Shown: positions 1 to 13,900 of the stretch, piece by piece | How the letters are laid out: each line of letters opens with the position of its first letter | Position numbering within the stretch: position 1 is the first letter of the stretch | DNA from: Euglena gracilis | Lineage: Eukaryota | Assembly (NCBI GenBank): GCA_039621445.1 | Contig: CP154954.1 | Location: forward strand, 30,198,395 to 30,262,394 | Direction of reading: 5' to 3' | DNA: 64,000 bases | Notes under the pieces: model-generated | What the model was told of the DNA's origin: nothing | The model's database searches: none | The model's input: the letters and a program-made list of their open reading frames with translations, nothing else | Program-made: the position numbers and the translations under genes

Positions 1-3000
1 GAGACGGAGGGGCGAGGACCCCTCCTCCGCCGGGGCCGGGGCAGCAGGAAACCCTGTGCCCGGCGTCGCGGCAGCCCCACCAGGCGCGGGGTGCCTCGGT
101 GGGTGCCTGAAGGGGGAAGGGGCGGCCGGAGTGGGCGGCAGCAACCCCCTCCCAGCCACCCGCCCCCTCAAACCTCTGGAACGCGGACCCAAGTCCCCGC
201 GGTGCACCCATGGCAAACCCCATACCCCCTGCCGGATCCAAATGCCTCTGGATGGGTTTCCAAACGTTGCGTGGACAAGACATTTCCGGCGGAGCTACGG
301 TTATTGTTTTGGGTATCTGCATCAAGCTGTTTTCAAAACTTGGGACAGCACCCTTCTGGACAGATGAACCATCAGTTAACGTTTGTTCACAAACCCCAAT
401 CGAGGTGTCAAATCATCTTCATCTTCCAGCTTCGGCATTGATTCATTCCGTAAGCCACAGTTGGGAGATGCTGAAAGCAAGCAGGATCCTGCGCCCGGGA
501 CAGACTGTGTCGACTGTGAACATCGTGTGTGTGTGAGTTCGTGGTACCTTTTGTTGGTATCGTACAGCGCAGAAAGCAAATGCGCCTCGGCCGCTGGGCC
601 TGCAATCGCAGAAAGGAGGCCAGGGTTTGGCACACCAGTCAAGGTCTGATGGGCCCTTCAGAAGACACAACGGCAAAATGCTCATCGGGTGCCGAATGCC
701 AAGAACCAATGACGAAGTTGGGTACCCCCCTCCGGGCGCTTGGCCTGTCCATGATTGAAGGTAAGGCCAGGGGGCCAACCTTAGGGGGGCCAAGAGGGCA
801 TGTAACGAGGAGGGGTCTACAAGCGTATAAGATTGCAGTTGCATTGTGTGTGCATATTTGTTTAATAGTTCGGCCCCTCAGGGATGCCAGTGAATCCAAA
901 GAGCTGCCCAATGGGGATTATTTTCGAGGTTTTTAAAAATCTTTAAGAAAAACCTTTTGAACCTCCTCAAAAACCAAAAAAATTTGACAAAATGCCTTAT
1001 AATTTTTTTTAAAACCTTCAAAACCTTCAAAAAATCACTGGCAATTTTTTTCCCCAACAGCAAAATTGAAATTGCAAAACCTCGGTGAAAAAGGCCAACT
1101 CCAGGGGGAAACATGCTTTCGGCATCGCTGGAATGCTCTCGGCACCTCTCATGCCCCAAGGCAATGAACCTGAAATGGAATAACAATAAATGATCGTGTC
1201 CCACGACGGCGTGATACTTCACTTCAAACTGAAATGGTGCGCCTCATGATGATGTGCCTTGAAATGGAACAGGTCATTTAAACGGTTCGGGTCGCGATTC
1301 TCGGTGCTCAACGTCGCTGTGTTAGAACCCAAAGAGCTCCTCAACTTGGGTTGATGCATCGGCGGGACCCGTTTGTTCGGGTTCCCCCTGTGTATTAACA
1401 CTAGTTGGGCAGGATGGATTGTTCGTAAGCGGAAATTCTCAAGTTTTTTCTATTTTTGAGGGTTTTTTTTTGTTGCCTCTTCAGGTAATTTGATGTTTTT
1501 TTTAAAAAAAATAGGGCGGTCAAAGGATTGTCTGGGCATCACCGTTCAAAATCAAATAAAAGTTTGAATTTTGTTGAGTTGGTTGGATAGGGACCACTTT
1601 CCATGATTCCACCCCCCACGGCCACCTGGCCGCACTGTGCAGGGCCCCATCAGTTCCGAGCCCGCACAAGGGACAGAACCAGGCCAGCACAAGAGGACAG
1701 AAAGAGGTGAGAAGGGCACTTCCAGTCGCCTGAGGCCCTGCAACACATCGGACAACGTGGCGGCAGCGGCAGAGGGACAAAGCGACACAAGCAAAACGGG
1801 CAGAGGGCCATCTCGTCAACGCTGCAGGGATTCCTTCATTTCGAATATGCATGCGGACCTGCGTTCCATGTGTCCCGTCTTCGTGTCATCTTTGTGGCCA
1901 TCTGCCCGAATATTCCAGCAATGCAATTGTTCTGGCACACAATTGTACTTCACGAGTTTCACTGCTCGCAGCACATACCATGCACTCGCTGTTTCGGATT
2001 TGCAGGCACAAACTGCTCCTATTGGGCATTGCCATGCTCCCAATCAGCCGGCCCAAAACATTGCTCAAGAATTCATTACTTAACGAAACCCTTTCCCTGT
2101 TACTCCAAATAATGACCATCCAAAAATGTTCATTTGGGGATACAGAAACGCTGTAAATTTGCAAAAATATTCATTTGTTTGGATGGCAGAAAGATGAAAT
2201 GCAACCCTTGCCATCCCTAAAGTGATTAAAAGACTGGGGACCCCTGTCTACAGGTTGCAACCCAGAAACGGCACAGTGGTTGAGACGAGATGACCCTTCG
2301 CAACGTTTCCGGATTCCAAAATAAAGTGCTGCATTCGCTGCACCGCAATTCTGCGAGCAGGGCGCTGCGAGGCCCGGCGAGGAACCTTTTCACGGGCCAG
2401 GTCGAAAGATCACTTCGTTAAAGAACATTTCTCCCCATGCAAGCTAGGTGGCACAAGCTTTTGATGACAACTTCCCAAGTGCATTGCAATGAACTTTCAA
2501 ACATGACAAGCCAAAAAGCGAAGCCATTCAGCATGGGTGCCGGGGACCAAGTTTCCGGCCACCCAAGAAATCCGTCAACACCTTGGGATACAACACCAAA
2601 CCCGTACAATGCAATCAAGAGGTGGTCGGGTGCCCTGGGACCGGAAAAAGAAATGCAAAGGCTTTGATGGTTCAGGGTGCCCCGGAGCAGGTGTCCGCAC
2701 AGCATGCGGGGCACGCACGCCTGGAATGTGTGTTTGGGAACCTTCCAATCGCCGCCTCATCAACACCATGCGCTTTGGTTTTTGCAAAAACCGTTGGGCG
2801 CAGCGTGTGCAGTTGCGCAAAAGGGCGACAAATGCAACTGCTCAAATGGTGCATTGGCACCAATCTTTCCCTGACGTAATCTGTGCCCATCTCCCCCCCA
2901 TAGGAAGGAGTTTTGTTCTTTTACCCCCCCCCCCTAGTCGTATGACCGGGTTCCTGCAACCTGTGACTGGGGGGGGTCATAACACCCCCATGACCTGCAA

Positions 3001-3627
3001 CCTGTGACCGGGGGGTGGTCATAAATGAGGGGTGGTCGTACGACTAGGGGGGGGGGTAAATGCAAAGCAAATCAACTCTGGCTCACTCTCCAAAAGAATC
3101 CCCTCCTGCAGTGGGGTACCCACTCAGCAGGGGGGGGGGGAATGCAACTTGGCTTCAAATTATGCAAGTCAAAAAAATGCAAAAAATGCAAAAAAAATGC
3201 AAAAAAAAACTGCAAAAAAACTGCAAAAAAATGCAACTTGCAAAAAAACCCCTGAGAAAAGGTTGGAATATAACAGAGTTGCTGCCTAAAATCCATAGAC
3301 ATGTGACAATGCCGGTGTATACCTGTCAATGATTCGCAAAGAAGACCTCCTGGAAGACAACGGCAAGCACTGAGACCCCAAAAACCCCAGGCAACTGCAG
3401 AGGGACCAGAGACAAAACATGACATATGGCGACCAACTACAAAAACGTTTTCCAGGACAAAAAATGTTATGCAAAAAATGCAAAGCAAATGCAAAAAAAA
3501 ATGCAAAAATATGGCGACCAACTACAAAAAAATTTTCCAGGGCAAAATATTTTATGCAAAAAAATGAAAAAAATGCAAAAATGCTAATTTCGGAAAAACC
3601 TGATTATGCAAAAAAAAATGAAAATTA

Positions 3628-3936
3628 CCTACCCCCCCCCCCGGGAAACTGTCACCTGACAGGTTGGCCGGTACCGAGGACCCTGACAACTTCCTATACT
3701 GACAGGTTGGCCGGTACCAGGGACCCTGACAGTTTCCCGGGCGGGACCCTGACAGTTTCCCGAGTAGGGCATTTCAAGGGAAAGTCAATGAAAAATGACC
3801 CTGACAGGTTGGCCAGTACCGGGGACCCTGACAACTTCCTATACTGACAGGTTGGCCGGTACCGGGGACCCTGACAGTTTCCCGGGCGGGACCCTGACAG
3901 GTTCTCGGGCATGACAGTTTCCCGGGGGGGGGTAGG
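3628..3936. mobile_element. TA-flanked MITE with internal ~145-bp duplication, nested in a tgcaaaaa-rich element (~3130-3963)
   Basis: TA|CCTACCCCCCCCCCCGGGAAACTGTCA ... TGACAGTTTCCCGGGGGGGGGTAGG|TA; tandem ctgacaggttggccggtacc units. Confidence 0.7.
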
Positions 3937-4279
3937 TATGCAAATTGCATATTCCCCCCCCCTCGTCCCAGCCCAACCCCCCCCCTGGGGAGGCTTGGCC
4001 GGGACCGGGTCACAAAACTTTAAAAAAAGATCGAATTCCTCTGGTCGGGAACTCCCACCAAACTTTCAGAGGGCTTGTGTTCGGCCAAATTGTTGAACTG
4101 CGACCAGAGAGGGTATCGCGCAACTTTCTGGGAACGATTCATGCTTCCATGGCGTGAACAAAGAAGCACGTTGGTGCACGCAATTTTGCACATCAAACAC
4201 TCCTGGGTTCCCCTGAACAACAGTCATAAATACCCTAGGTTTCACGCTTCTAGGGTGCGGCAAAGACCGTGAGTTGGGG

Positions 4280-4685
4280 ACAGAGGATGAGGTCGAACAG
4301 TTGGTGTGCGCACATTTGCACAAACCGAGCTCATGTAAATTTGTGCAAACATGACATTGTCCAATGGTGGAAAACTGGTCCCCATCAAACAGGTATCCAG
4401 CACCCGGCAAATGCAGGCAGCACAGACGCGCCAAACCCATGGACGTCATGGTCAGAGTGTGCAACCCACCTATTTGACAGACAAGAACATGAATCTGCTG
4501 CAGAGTTAGAATAACTAGTTCGAAACCTTCGTGTTTCTTAATGTGAAATGCGAGATGTGCATTTTGCATATTTTGTTTTACCAGCTGAGGGTGCTGATGC
4601 TCAGGGATTTGAAAAAAAAAATTCAATTTGCGCAATTGCGCAACTTGACAAAGAAAAAATCCTTCAGTGCGAGTTTGGCCACCTG
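4280..4685. mobile_element. Diverged inverted fragment of the left end of the 57912-61061 element
   Basis: atttgcgcaattgcgcaacttgacaaagaaaaaatcctt matches the reverse complement of ~57935-57975; weaker similarity continues further in. Confidence 0.6.
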
Positions 4686-4875
4686 GGTCCGGGGGTGCAC
4701 TTTCTCCCCAGCTCAAACCCGCCCACCCACTTTTCCAAAACCTACCCACTCATGACCCTGAAGTCGACCCACCCACCCACCCACCAACCAAAACCCCATG
4801 TTTTGGAAGACCAAAAACACCAAATTTTTGCCTTTCCCCAGGGTTTTGTCTGCATAAGATGGTGAAGATCTACAC

Positions 4876-4934
4876 CAGGGGATTTTTTTAAGACCAGGGG
4901 GGAGGGTGGGGTCCTTGGACTGAAAAAAACCCTG
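4876..4934. mobile_element. Minimal 59-bp hAT-like MITE
   Basis: CAGGGGATTTTTT...AAAAAAACCCTG ends; TSD atctacac/atctacag. Confidence 0.75.
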
Positions 4935-7534
4935 ATCTACAGACAGAGTGCCGGCGTGTAACCGCAGTTCAAAAGCCTGGAACTAACCCGGAAAAATGAA
5001 AAAAAAATCGGAAATTTGTGCAATTAGACACAGGGCCATGAAACAGCTGAAATGTAAGATCAACCAACTAGGTAGCGCAGAAAACAAAAACTTGCAGCAA
5101 CGATGAGCAAACAATTTGGGGATATAACGGGGTGGTGGTTTCCCCTAAGAAGCAAAAAAAAAGGATCCTGTTGGTAGTAGCTATATGTCATTCCTGAGAG
5201 AGAACAGTGCGAGGGGACGGCAGCAGTGGTAGGAGAGAGTGTACACTGAAAACACAAACACACAGAGATGCATGCGGATACACACCCACGGCATGCACGT
5301 GCGCAACAGTACACCTCTGTGGCACAATGCCACATCAACAGCATGAGTGTGGAAAAAAAACCCAATAACTCTGGGCGTCCCGAATACAACATATATCTAA
5401 TATTGTGCAAATCACTTTTTGTTATTCATCTCAGTTTGGTATCTTCAGCATTTGTATTTAAAATTCATAGGGTGACCAGGAGAAACCACCCCACACCGGT
5501 GGGTGAACCCCTCGCCACAGATCTGCATTCATCAAGCATACCCAAAGGTCCATCCATGACAACGTGACAAAGAAATCCAAAAAGAAAACCAGCTTCTTTG
5601 GACCTCCAATTGCGAAAGCCATGTTGGCTGCCCCAAGGGGGTGCGGGTCTTCCATTGGTTGCCCTCTGCCTGAAAGTAGGCGAGGGAGTGGGGAGGGACA
5701 ATGGTGGACAGGGCACCTTCCGGGAAAAGGGATGCAACCACAGCCTCGAATGGACAACTCGTTGGCAGAGGTTCGATGAGAGCAACACTCGCCCCTGTCT
5801 GCCCTCTGAGTTGTGCGTGCAAGCTGAGTATCCGGTGAGAGGGATGGCATGGTTGCTCACGGCGGTGGACACCAGGGAAATGCATTCATCGTACTCAGTA
5901 TGGAGTTCTGAGCATGTATGAATACTTAGTTCGAAGGACGACGCAGTTCGTGGTAAGGAGCACCGTCCTTAACCTGCATGTATCTTAACTTCACCCGGAC
6001 TGGCCCGTACACACCCTCACCCAAAAATGAATGTGTTTGGAAGCACCTTAGCCATATGCATTCAAAGCATGAGAAAATATGCAAATGCGTACAAGATTGG
6101 AAAAAGTCAACAGGCTTCCTTGCCCCTCCATGCTTATACACGCTTCTCAATGATGACGTATGCATCCAGACACATCCCTGAGCACACGTGGCGCAAGGAG
6201 TTCGCATGGGCAACTTGGCGGGGTAAGCAATTGCAATGCGGCCACCCTCATCAAAGCAGCCACCAACGCCTTAACCCCCGCAAATAGAAACCCCGAAAAA
6301 GTGTAAAGCCCACCAAACAGCCAAAGGATTGTATCCTCCATTTTTAGGCAAAAAAGGTGCACTTTGGTGAAACCAGGAAATACACAACGTAAATTTGGGT
6401 ATGAACTTGGTATTTGACTCATTTTGACGCAAAGGTCATCAGAGGCAATCCAAAACTTGATCCCCCCCAAATACCCCCGAGGGTCTTGAAATACCATCCA
6501 GATATAATGCTGGGGATTTATGCTTTGGGGGGGTCACCCTCCTCCGGCCAGAGGTCTTTTAGGACCTTTTCTGGGGGGTGTCCAGACCCAGCCAGGGGGA
6601 GGGGCTCGGGGACCCACTTTTGGGGTTCAATTTTGGGGTCCAAAAATTTTTGGCGTTTCTTGCCAAAAATAGAAGAAAACCCCGCTTCCGGTGGGGTACC
6701 CACTCAGGGGACCACTCAGGGACCCGAGGTCCCGAGGTCCCGAGGTCGAGGGGCTCGGCCAGGATCCACTTGGTCACAAAACTTAAATAAAACAAAAGAG
6801 GGCTTGACAAAGCGGCCGAGTTTGTATGACGGAGAGGCCCACTACCACCACAAAATGCAGCAGGAAAACAGGCTGCGGCTCCGTATTCATTTGACAGCTG
6901 CACAGTATCCATGGCAGTCAAGCAGCAGCTGCTTGTGGACCTATGCGCCCCCCCCCCCGTGTAAAAAAAAAACGGAAAAGATGGGTAAGAACCGGGGGGG
7001 GGTGCTCATTTTGCCAAGATATGGGTGAGAAACCGCAAAAAAGATCCAACGCTGCACACGAAAAAGATCCAACGCTGAACACTACTTCTGTTATTTTTGG
7101 AGTCCACAGTTGGCAATTGGAATCAAAAATTACAATACCTCACCAAATCAGGCTTCAGAAATTCTTATAATAATAATTCTTATAATTGGAAATTTCCGAG
7201 AAATATTTCTTAGAAACACACACAAAAGACGCCTCCCCGAGAAAATGACCTGTAACAAGATGGGTAAGAACTGGGGGGTGGCGCTGTGCATGGGTGGTGC
7301 TTAGACAAAGGGGAGACAAAGGGTGTTTGTTGGACACCGCTGTCCACTCTCTCTCATGAAGAGGGCCAGAGACGGGGTGGGAGATTGGGCCCCGGAAATG
7401 CACCGCAAGAATCACTGAGAATGGCACACCAATGCGCAGAACATCCATTGGAACGGGGGGCGCACTGCAGCCGCCGCCGTTTGGGTGGCAGTTCGCTAGA
7501 AGGAGGCAGCTGAGGGGACTGGGGGGACTGGGGC

Positions 7535-7980
7535 CAGGCTTTTGCTTAAGGACCCCAGGGAGGGGGGGGGTACTGGCTAGCCATCGGCTAGACACTGGAA
7601 AAAATGGACCAGCTAGGACCCCCCCCCCCCGGGGGGGGGGGGGGGGGCGTCCGGGGGTCCCCCCCACTGGAAAAAAAATTTTTCCTCCGGCGCTGCGCGC
7701 CGAGGTGGAAATGGGGGTTTTAAGAGGTTTTTGGCTGATTTTGTTCCAAAAATTCCCAAAAATGGCCAAAAAACGGACAATTTTGGCCATTTTTGGGGGG
7801 TCCCCAAAAAAATTTCCGGCGCTTTGCGGTCACTGGGAAAAAAAATTCCACCAGCTAGCCCTGCTAGCAGACCCCCCCCCTGGGGGGGTCTGCTAGAAAT
7901 CCCACTAGCCAAATTTGGACTAGCTGCAGTCCAGCCCCCCCCCCCCCCCGAGGTACTGCAATCCCTTAAGCAAAAGCCTG
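7535..7980. mobile_element. hAT-like MITE, family A (young copy)
   Basis: Perfect 17-bp TIR CAGGCTTTTGCTTAAGG / CCTTAAGCAAAAGCCTG; TSD actggggc/actgaggc. Related to 42491-42890 and 43505-43866. Confidence 0.9.
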
Positions 7981-8005
7981 ACTGAGGCCCAGGCAGCGAG
8001 AAGCG

Positions 8006-9430
8006 TCACACCGGGATGCTGGGCTTGGCGGCGGGGCCAGGGGGGCCACCCACCAACCCAAAGCCGAATCGGAGTGGCACCGGCCCTGTGATGCACTTAA
8101 TGCCATCGCTTTGAGAAAGGCCATACAAAAATACACCCGTCTTTAACTTCCTGTCAGGCTGTTCTTTACCGGGTCCGGAGTGCCCTTGGGTGCCTGCCCA
8201 GGCAGGCACTGCCCCGCCCCCCCCCCCCCCGGCGGTCGGATGTCGGCCTGTGCCCAGGAACTTTCCTCAGAAAATAGGCCATTTTCCCTTGAAAATAGGC
8301 CTTTTTTGCGCCTTCCGGCGCCGAAGGCGCAGGAGTGCCTGCTAGGCACTTTTGGCCGAGTGCCCGAGGGTCTGATTTTTGTGTCTTGGAGTGCCTGCCC
8401 AGGCAGGCACCCCGTAGTTAGCACCCCGGGGGGTGGGGTCAGCACTCGACTGAAATACAGCCTGCTTCCTGTCTCCAAAAAGAATAAGGACATGAAGCGT
8501 AAAGCACAGTAGAAATGAAGGCTTTTGAGACTGAGTGTGCTCTGTCCATCGGGGGGGGGGGGGGGATGAGTTGGACCCAGAACCACGTGCGGTCGGCCCG
8601 CCTGCGCGGGGCGGGATCCGCCTTGCATCTGCCGCCGGCACCGGCCGGACGCGGTGCGCGTCAGCACGAACACCTTCTCGGCGTCCACCACCATCCACGG
8701 CGCGCCGACCACCGCCGGCCGCCGCTCCGAGATCCGGGCGGACGGCGGTGGGCAGACGCCGGCGGTGGCGGCCGGAGGCCCACCCCCGGCACCTCCTGCC
8801 TGGGGGTGTCCGCTTGACCGGAGCTGTGACCCCACTGGGCGGGGGGGGGGGGTCCAGAAGGTGGGGCCGGCGGGCGATTTGGGGAGACGGGGGTGAACGA
8901 GGCCAACAGCAGGAGGAAGTGCAGGAAAACATGGGGGACGCAATCAGGCGGCGGCACCGTTCCCATCCCACCGGAACACTGGGACCAAACCTGACCAGGC
9001 AGTTGCAGGCACACTGAACATACTTACAGGAATGACAGTTTCTCGGGGGGGGGGGGGTCCCCTGCCCACCATGGCACTGGGCAAAGTAACATTTGACCCA
9101 AAAAATCGCCCCAGAAATTTGGAAAGGGGGGGTCCAGTCCGCCCCCACGCACCCGGGGCAGCTTTGGGGGGGGGGTCAACCACAGCAGCGCCGGGCCACA
9201 GGGCCATCACCGGGCGGGGGGCAGCATGTCGGTGGACGGCATCCGCACCCCCAGGTCGCAGCTCCGGCGCAGCCGCCGGCGCATGAGCGGCGCGGGGCCG
9301 GCCAGGGCCGGCAGGCCGCCGTCGCCCGCCTCCGCCGCGGAGGCCGCGGTCAGCCGCCGCGGCCTGGCGGGCGGGCCCGGGGCGGCGTCGCGCGGCGTGT
9401 CCCGGGCGCTGCGGCGCGGGGCACACCCGG
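8006..9430 (-). CDS. Exon cluster of a hypothetical protein (possibly the 3' end of the preceding gene)
   Basis: GC-rich islands at ~9207-9430 and ~8578-8795 (WMVVDAEKVFVLTRTASGRCRRQM), and a probable last exon ~8006-8085 (CACAG acceptor, GPVPLRFGFGLVGG...PV*). Confidence 0.4.
8155..8464. mobile_element. hAT-like MITE (gtgcctgccc-motif family)
   Basis: CAGGCTGT...ACAGCCTG ends; perfect TSD cttcctgt. Internal gtgcctgccc/gcaggcac motifs shared with 63286-63599. Confidence 0.9.
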
Positions 9431-10131
9431 GGAACGCGGGCCGCCGCGCGGTGCGCGTGGCGAATGCGAATGGATGGGGGTGGGGCGGGGGCTTTCTGAC
9501 AGGGAAGTCGGGCGGCAAAACTCCCGGCGGCCAGTTGTTCGCCCCCTTTCCAGCTTTCCGAGCAGCCCCTCTGTTCGGTTCGGTTCGGTTCTGCCCCCTC
9601 TTTCCTTCGGGGCGGTCCTCAAATGAAAAAAAACAACCTTTGCTGTCCCAGCACATTCCATGAAAGATACACAGGAAAATGGGCAAGGAAATTTGGCATT
9701 TTTCGGCGAGAACAGGTCAACATTGGGGAAAAAATGAGGCAGCTCCCAACTACGGGTGGCATATAGTTGGATCGGGGGGGGGGGGCTTTGGCCATTTTAG
9801 GCCATTTTGGGCTATTTTTGACTGTTTTTTAACCAACTTTTTAGCAATTTGGCCAAACCAACGTAGTATACAAAAAGATCGTCTCTGACCGGGGGGGTGG
9901 TCGTTAGACAAGCCCGGTCGTTGGACAAGAGGGGGGGAGGTATGGTGGGACCTGGGTCCAACCTTCCGGGGAAAGTCGGGGTTATTGATTGAAATAGGGT
10001 TAGGGTTACGATCGGCCTCCCGTCGGGCTCCCCGATCTTCGAAGGAGGAGTGAGGGGAAATGAGTGAAGTGAAGGTGAAGTGAGGCCGCGGACGAATTTA
10101 GGCCGAATTCAGGCATTTTTGGGGCCAACGG

Positions 10132-10582
10132 CAGGGTTCGATATAAGGACAGGTGGGGGGGGGGTGGTCCGGACCCCCCCTGCGGGCCAGGGGGGGGGGG
10201 GGGTGGGGGGGGGGGGGGGGGGGGGGGGGGGGACACCCCCCCCACCTAAACAGGTGCGCGGTCTGGGTTACCGAATTTCGGCCCGGCGCGAAGCGCCAGG
10301 CCGAAAATTTTTGACCCCCAAAACGACCAAAAGTGCCATTTTGGGCACTTTTTGGGCAAAAATGTGCCAAAAATGCAAAAAAATTTCGGCGCAAAGCGCC
10401 GGAGGAAAAAATTGACCCTTTTGGGGGGGGTCCCGGGAACCCCCCCGAGGGTCGGTCCGGACCCCCCTGGCAGGTGGGGGGGGGGGTGGTCCGGACCCCC
10501 CCTGCGGGCCAGGAGGGGGGGGGGGGGGGGGGGGGGCACCTCCCCACCTAAACCATGTACGCCCTCTTTATATCAAACCCTG
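10132..10582. mobile_element. hAT-like MITE
   Basis: TIR CAGGGTTCGATATAA / TTATATCAAACCCTG; perfect TSD gccaacgg; internal ~100-bp direct repeat. Confidence 0.9.
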
Positions 10583-10932
10583 GCCAACGGACGACTCAAA
10601 AAAATCTTCCCAAAACGAAACCTAACCTCTGGCCTAAGTTGGTCCCTGAAGAGGGCCAATTCTCAGGTTCCCCGGTGCCGCGGGACCAAAAGGAAGGTTC
10701 CGCGGCACGGGGGAAGGTCCTTGAGAAAATAAATAAAAAAAACCTTTCCTGTCCCTTAAAGACCCCTGCTTTCCTTTCCTGGTTCTTAGACAAGAGGGGC
10801 AGGTGAGGATCATCGCGGGTGTCCCGGGTCAGTCGAGAACCCTTTCCCCTGCCCCGATCCAGCAGGCCATGCGGATTGCAAGAAATGCATCAGAAATCTA
10901 GAAACGTTGAAAACACAAAATGTGCTGTGCAA

Positions 10933-13900
10933 CTTAGACGGCCGGGAGTGCACTTTTCTTGTCAAGTTACAAAATTCTGACAGTTTTAGTGAACATGCGC
11001 ATCCGCGCATTTCGGAAGCGGTGTGCGCAGGTGCGCATTCTAGATGGCTTGATGTCTCTTTCAAACTGGGTGTAAACACCGCAAAAATGAGCTGTTTGGA
11101 TGTTACACGACCACAAGGACTACCCCCTGTTTACTGGTTCAACTACGTATCATGCTGTTTACAGCTGTTTCCCGACGACTGTGGTACAGTGCGTGGCTGG
11201 ACACACACTCAGCACACTCCACACGGCACGCGGAACACGGACAACGCAGGACAACCTGGACATGGGTGTGCTACCTTGTGTTCACCGATGCATGCTGATG
11301 GCTTCCGGGGGGCAGGGCCTGGTGAACCCAGGATGAGCATTGGAAGGAGCACCTTGCAGCCATGGAGACGCAGCCCTCCCAAAGTCAAAACAACAGGGGT
11401 GTCACTGAGTATCAAGGCCGAAGAATGCGCACCTGCGCATTTTTTGAAACCTCAAAGAATTTTTGGAAATGGACACGGGCTGTGGGAAGGAGGGAATACG
11501 CACACGCGCATTGATGTTGAAGGGCGCACTGGGTGTGGCCTGTTGTTTGCCTGCCTTGAATCCGAGTCGTGCACCGCTGTGATGTGGTTTCGGGCTTTGG
11601 GAACACGGGTATGTGAGGAGGAGATGAACCAACAGAATCACCCTTGGCAACAATTGTTGCTGTACCAGACAACACCCTGATACACGACACCTGCAGCGGC
11701 GTGGAAAACCCTGGGCTCGGTGACGGCAGGTATCAGGGCACGCATCCATGCCCTTCAGTGGCAGGGGAACTGCCCCCCTGCAGGTCAAGTCACCGAACAA
11801 ATCAGAATGCGCACCTGTGCATTCGACCCGCTGCAGTCCAGTGCCCAGCCCAGCCTATGCTCCTCTCATCAACGTGTGGGGCACGTCACAACGCACGTGC
11901 AACCGTCCCCCCCACCCGGCGGAGGTGATGGGCCGGTTGATGCCAGCGTTGTCCGACCCCACGCCCCAGAGCGTGCATGGCAGCACACAGCCAATGGGCG
12001 CCTTGAACATCCTAATGTTGGGCTGCGGTGCACGGTGCCAGGAGCACTGTGCCCCACAATTAGGGTCAACGCAGGGGATTGTGTCTGGTACCACACATGG
12101 TGCTCTCTGGGTTGGCACCTCGAGAGCGAAACACCCCTGTCGCCACCTTCAGCATCATTCCCAAAAACGGTCTGTAAACACGGAATTATTTTACAATCCA
12201 AATGGACTCAAAGAAGCGAACACCATTGGTCAGTCCTGGCCCCAAAATTTCTCCAGGCCCTTGAAATCATGAGACGTACACAAACACATCACAACAAAAC
12301 CTTGCCGATAAACCCAGCTATTTTTTCCGTTCTGCTTTTTCTGTGTATTCCACTGTGTCGTACCAAAGAAAAACAGATGAGAAAGGGACTGCAGTGCCTG
12401 AGGAAATTCCTCAGTGACGGGCACCCTAATTCCCAACTGCGGTCAGCAGCCTTTCATGGCATGAGTGAAGAGATGGTGAATGCACACATGCGCAAAAAAG
12501 CGTCCTGTGCCTTTCTTTAAATTACAGCCACACCGTCGAATATTTGCACTCCCAGGTGGGCATGCCACCACCCACGCCAACGCCCCCGCCTGACCTGGGT
12601 TTGAAACCACACGGCTGAAATGTAGATCTCCCTGCGAGGGCCGAATGGTGTCCGAGGACGAGGCAGCCCTGGAGCAAAACACGGCAGAGGAGGACCACCG
12701 CCTGTGGCCTTGTTGGCAACAAACGTCACCCCCCACATAGAACCCTTATTTATCATGAACTCAGGGTCGACGCTCCAATACTGCAAACTTCACAACCCTT
12801 GGCCGCTGTGAAAACCAGGGAAATAACATATGCATACAACTTCTCCACACAACCCATCTGCAATGGCTGCAGTCAAACATGGCACATCGGGGTGAATGCG
12901 CACATGCGCATTCCCTTCTTGTGTCTCTCCGTAAAGCACCCTGGTAGGAAGTTGCTGTACAGGACGATTTCAACAACTCAGCACACAAGGTGGAAGCATA
13001 TCCCAGGAGACATACACCCTACTCTGGCGGATTCCTCCTGTGCAATGAGATGCCTCTGAAATCGCTGACAAAAAGGCCAGCAATGCACCATGGGGGTAGC
13101 CCTGCCACAATGCTGTGCTGGCACTGGGTTCAGGAGTGCGAGACACAGCTCCCCACAACAAAGATAATGTGCACCTGCACACTCCCCCTCATTAAAAATA
13201 CGCAGGTGCGCACTCTTGTGGATGCCCAGTGCTGCTCCCCTCCTGCTCTCCTGCAGATCCAGCCAGTGAAGGAATAGCTTCAAGAGTGCGCACGTGCGCA
13301 TTCTTGTGCCTCGTGCACTCTCGGAGAGGAGCCATTTTATGTTGTTTGTGAGGCTGTTCGGGAGGGTGTAGTCTGTGGCAGAAAGAGTTGAAGCAGGACT
13401 CTGCTCCGTAGCTTTCAAAACCAGTGACACACAGGAAAGGCGTGCAAGCCAGCCCCCCCCTCCATCCCCCTCCATACCCAGCACCCCATCCCAAACCTCA
13501 CACCTGAACACAGGTGGTCCCACGTGGTGATGTGCCGTGGTGCCTATGAGAAGGCACATGGGGAGCGGACGGCGTGCGCCACTGGAGGGATGCTGTGCCT
13601 GCATGTGTCACAGAGGGGTGCAGTGCACCATGTGCAATAACAAACAGCACGCAGGCCTAACGAAGGGTAACGAGCCCTTCCCCACAGGCATGTTGTGTGG
13701 ATTTAAACCCCCCCACCACTCTCTGAATGCAGACTACACGCACACACCAACATTGGCTATCGCCCCCTCGTGCCCTGCTTCCAGCACAGGGCACAGAACC
13801 TCCCCTCCACTCTAACCGTACTTACCCCCCCCCTATGTCCAACGACCAGTAACCTCTGTCCTCCGACCGGGGGGGTGGTCGTTGGACATAGGGTAGTGAC

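Noticed and set aside
1-7520. Possible further minus-strand exons (e.g. ~460-620, 1650-1830, 6830-6940)
   Set aside because: No recognisable protein motif and no consistent splice path; left unannotated.
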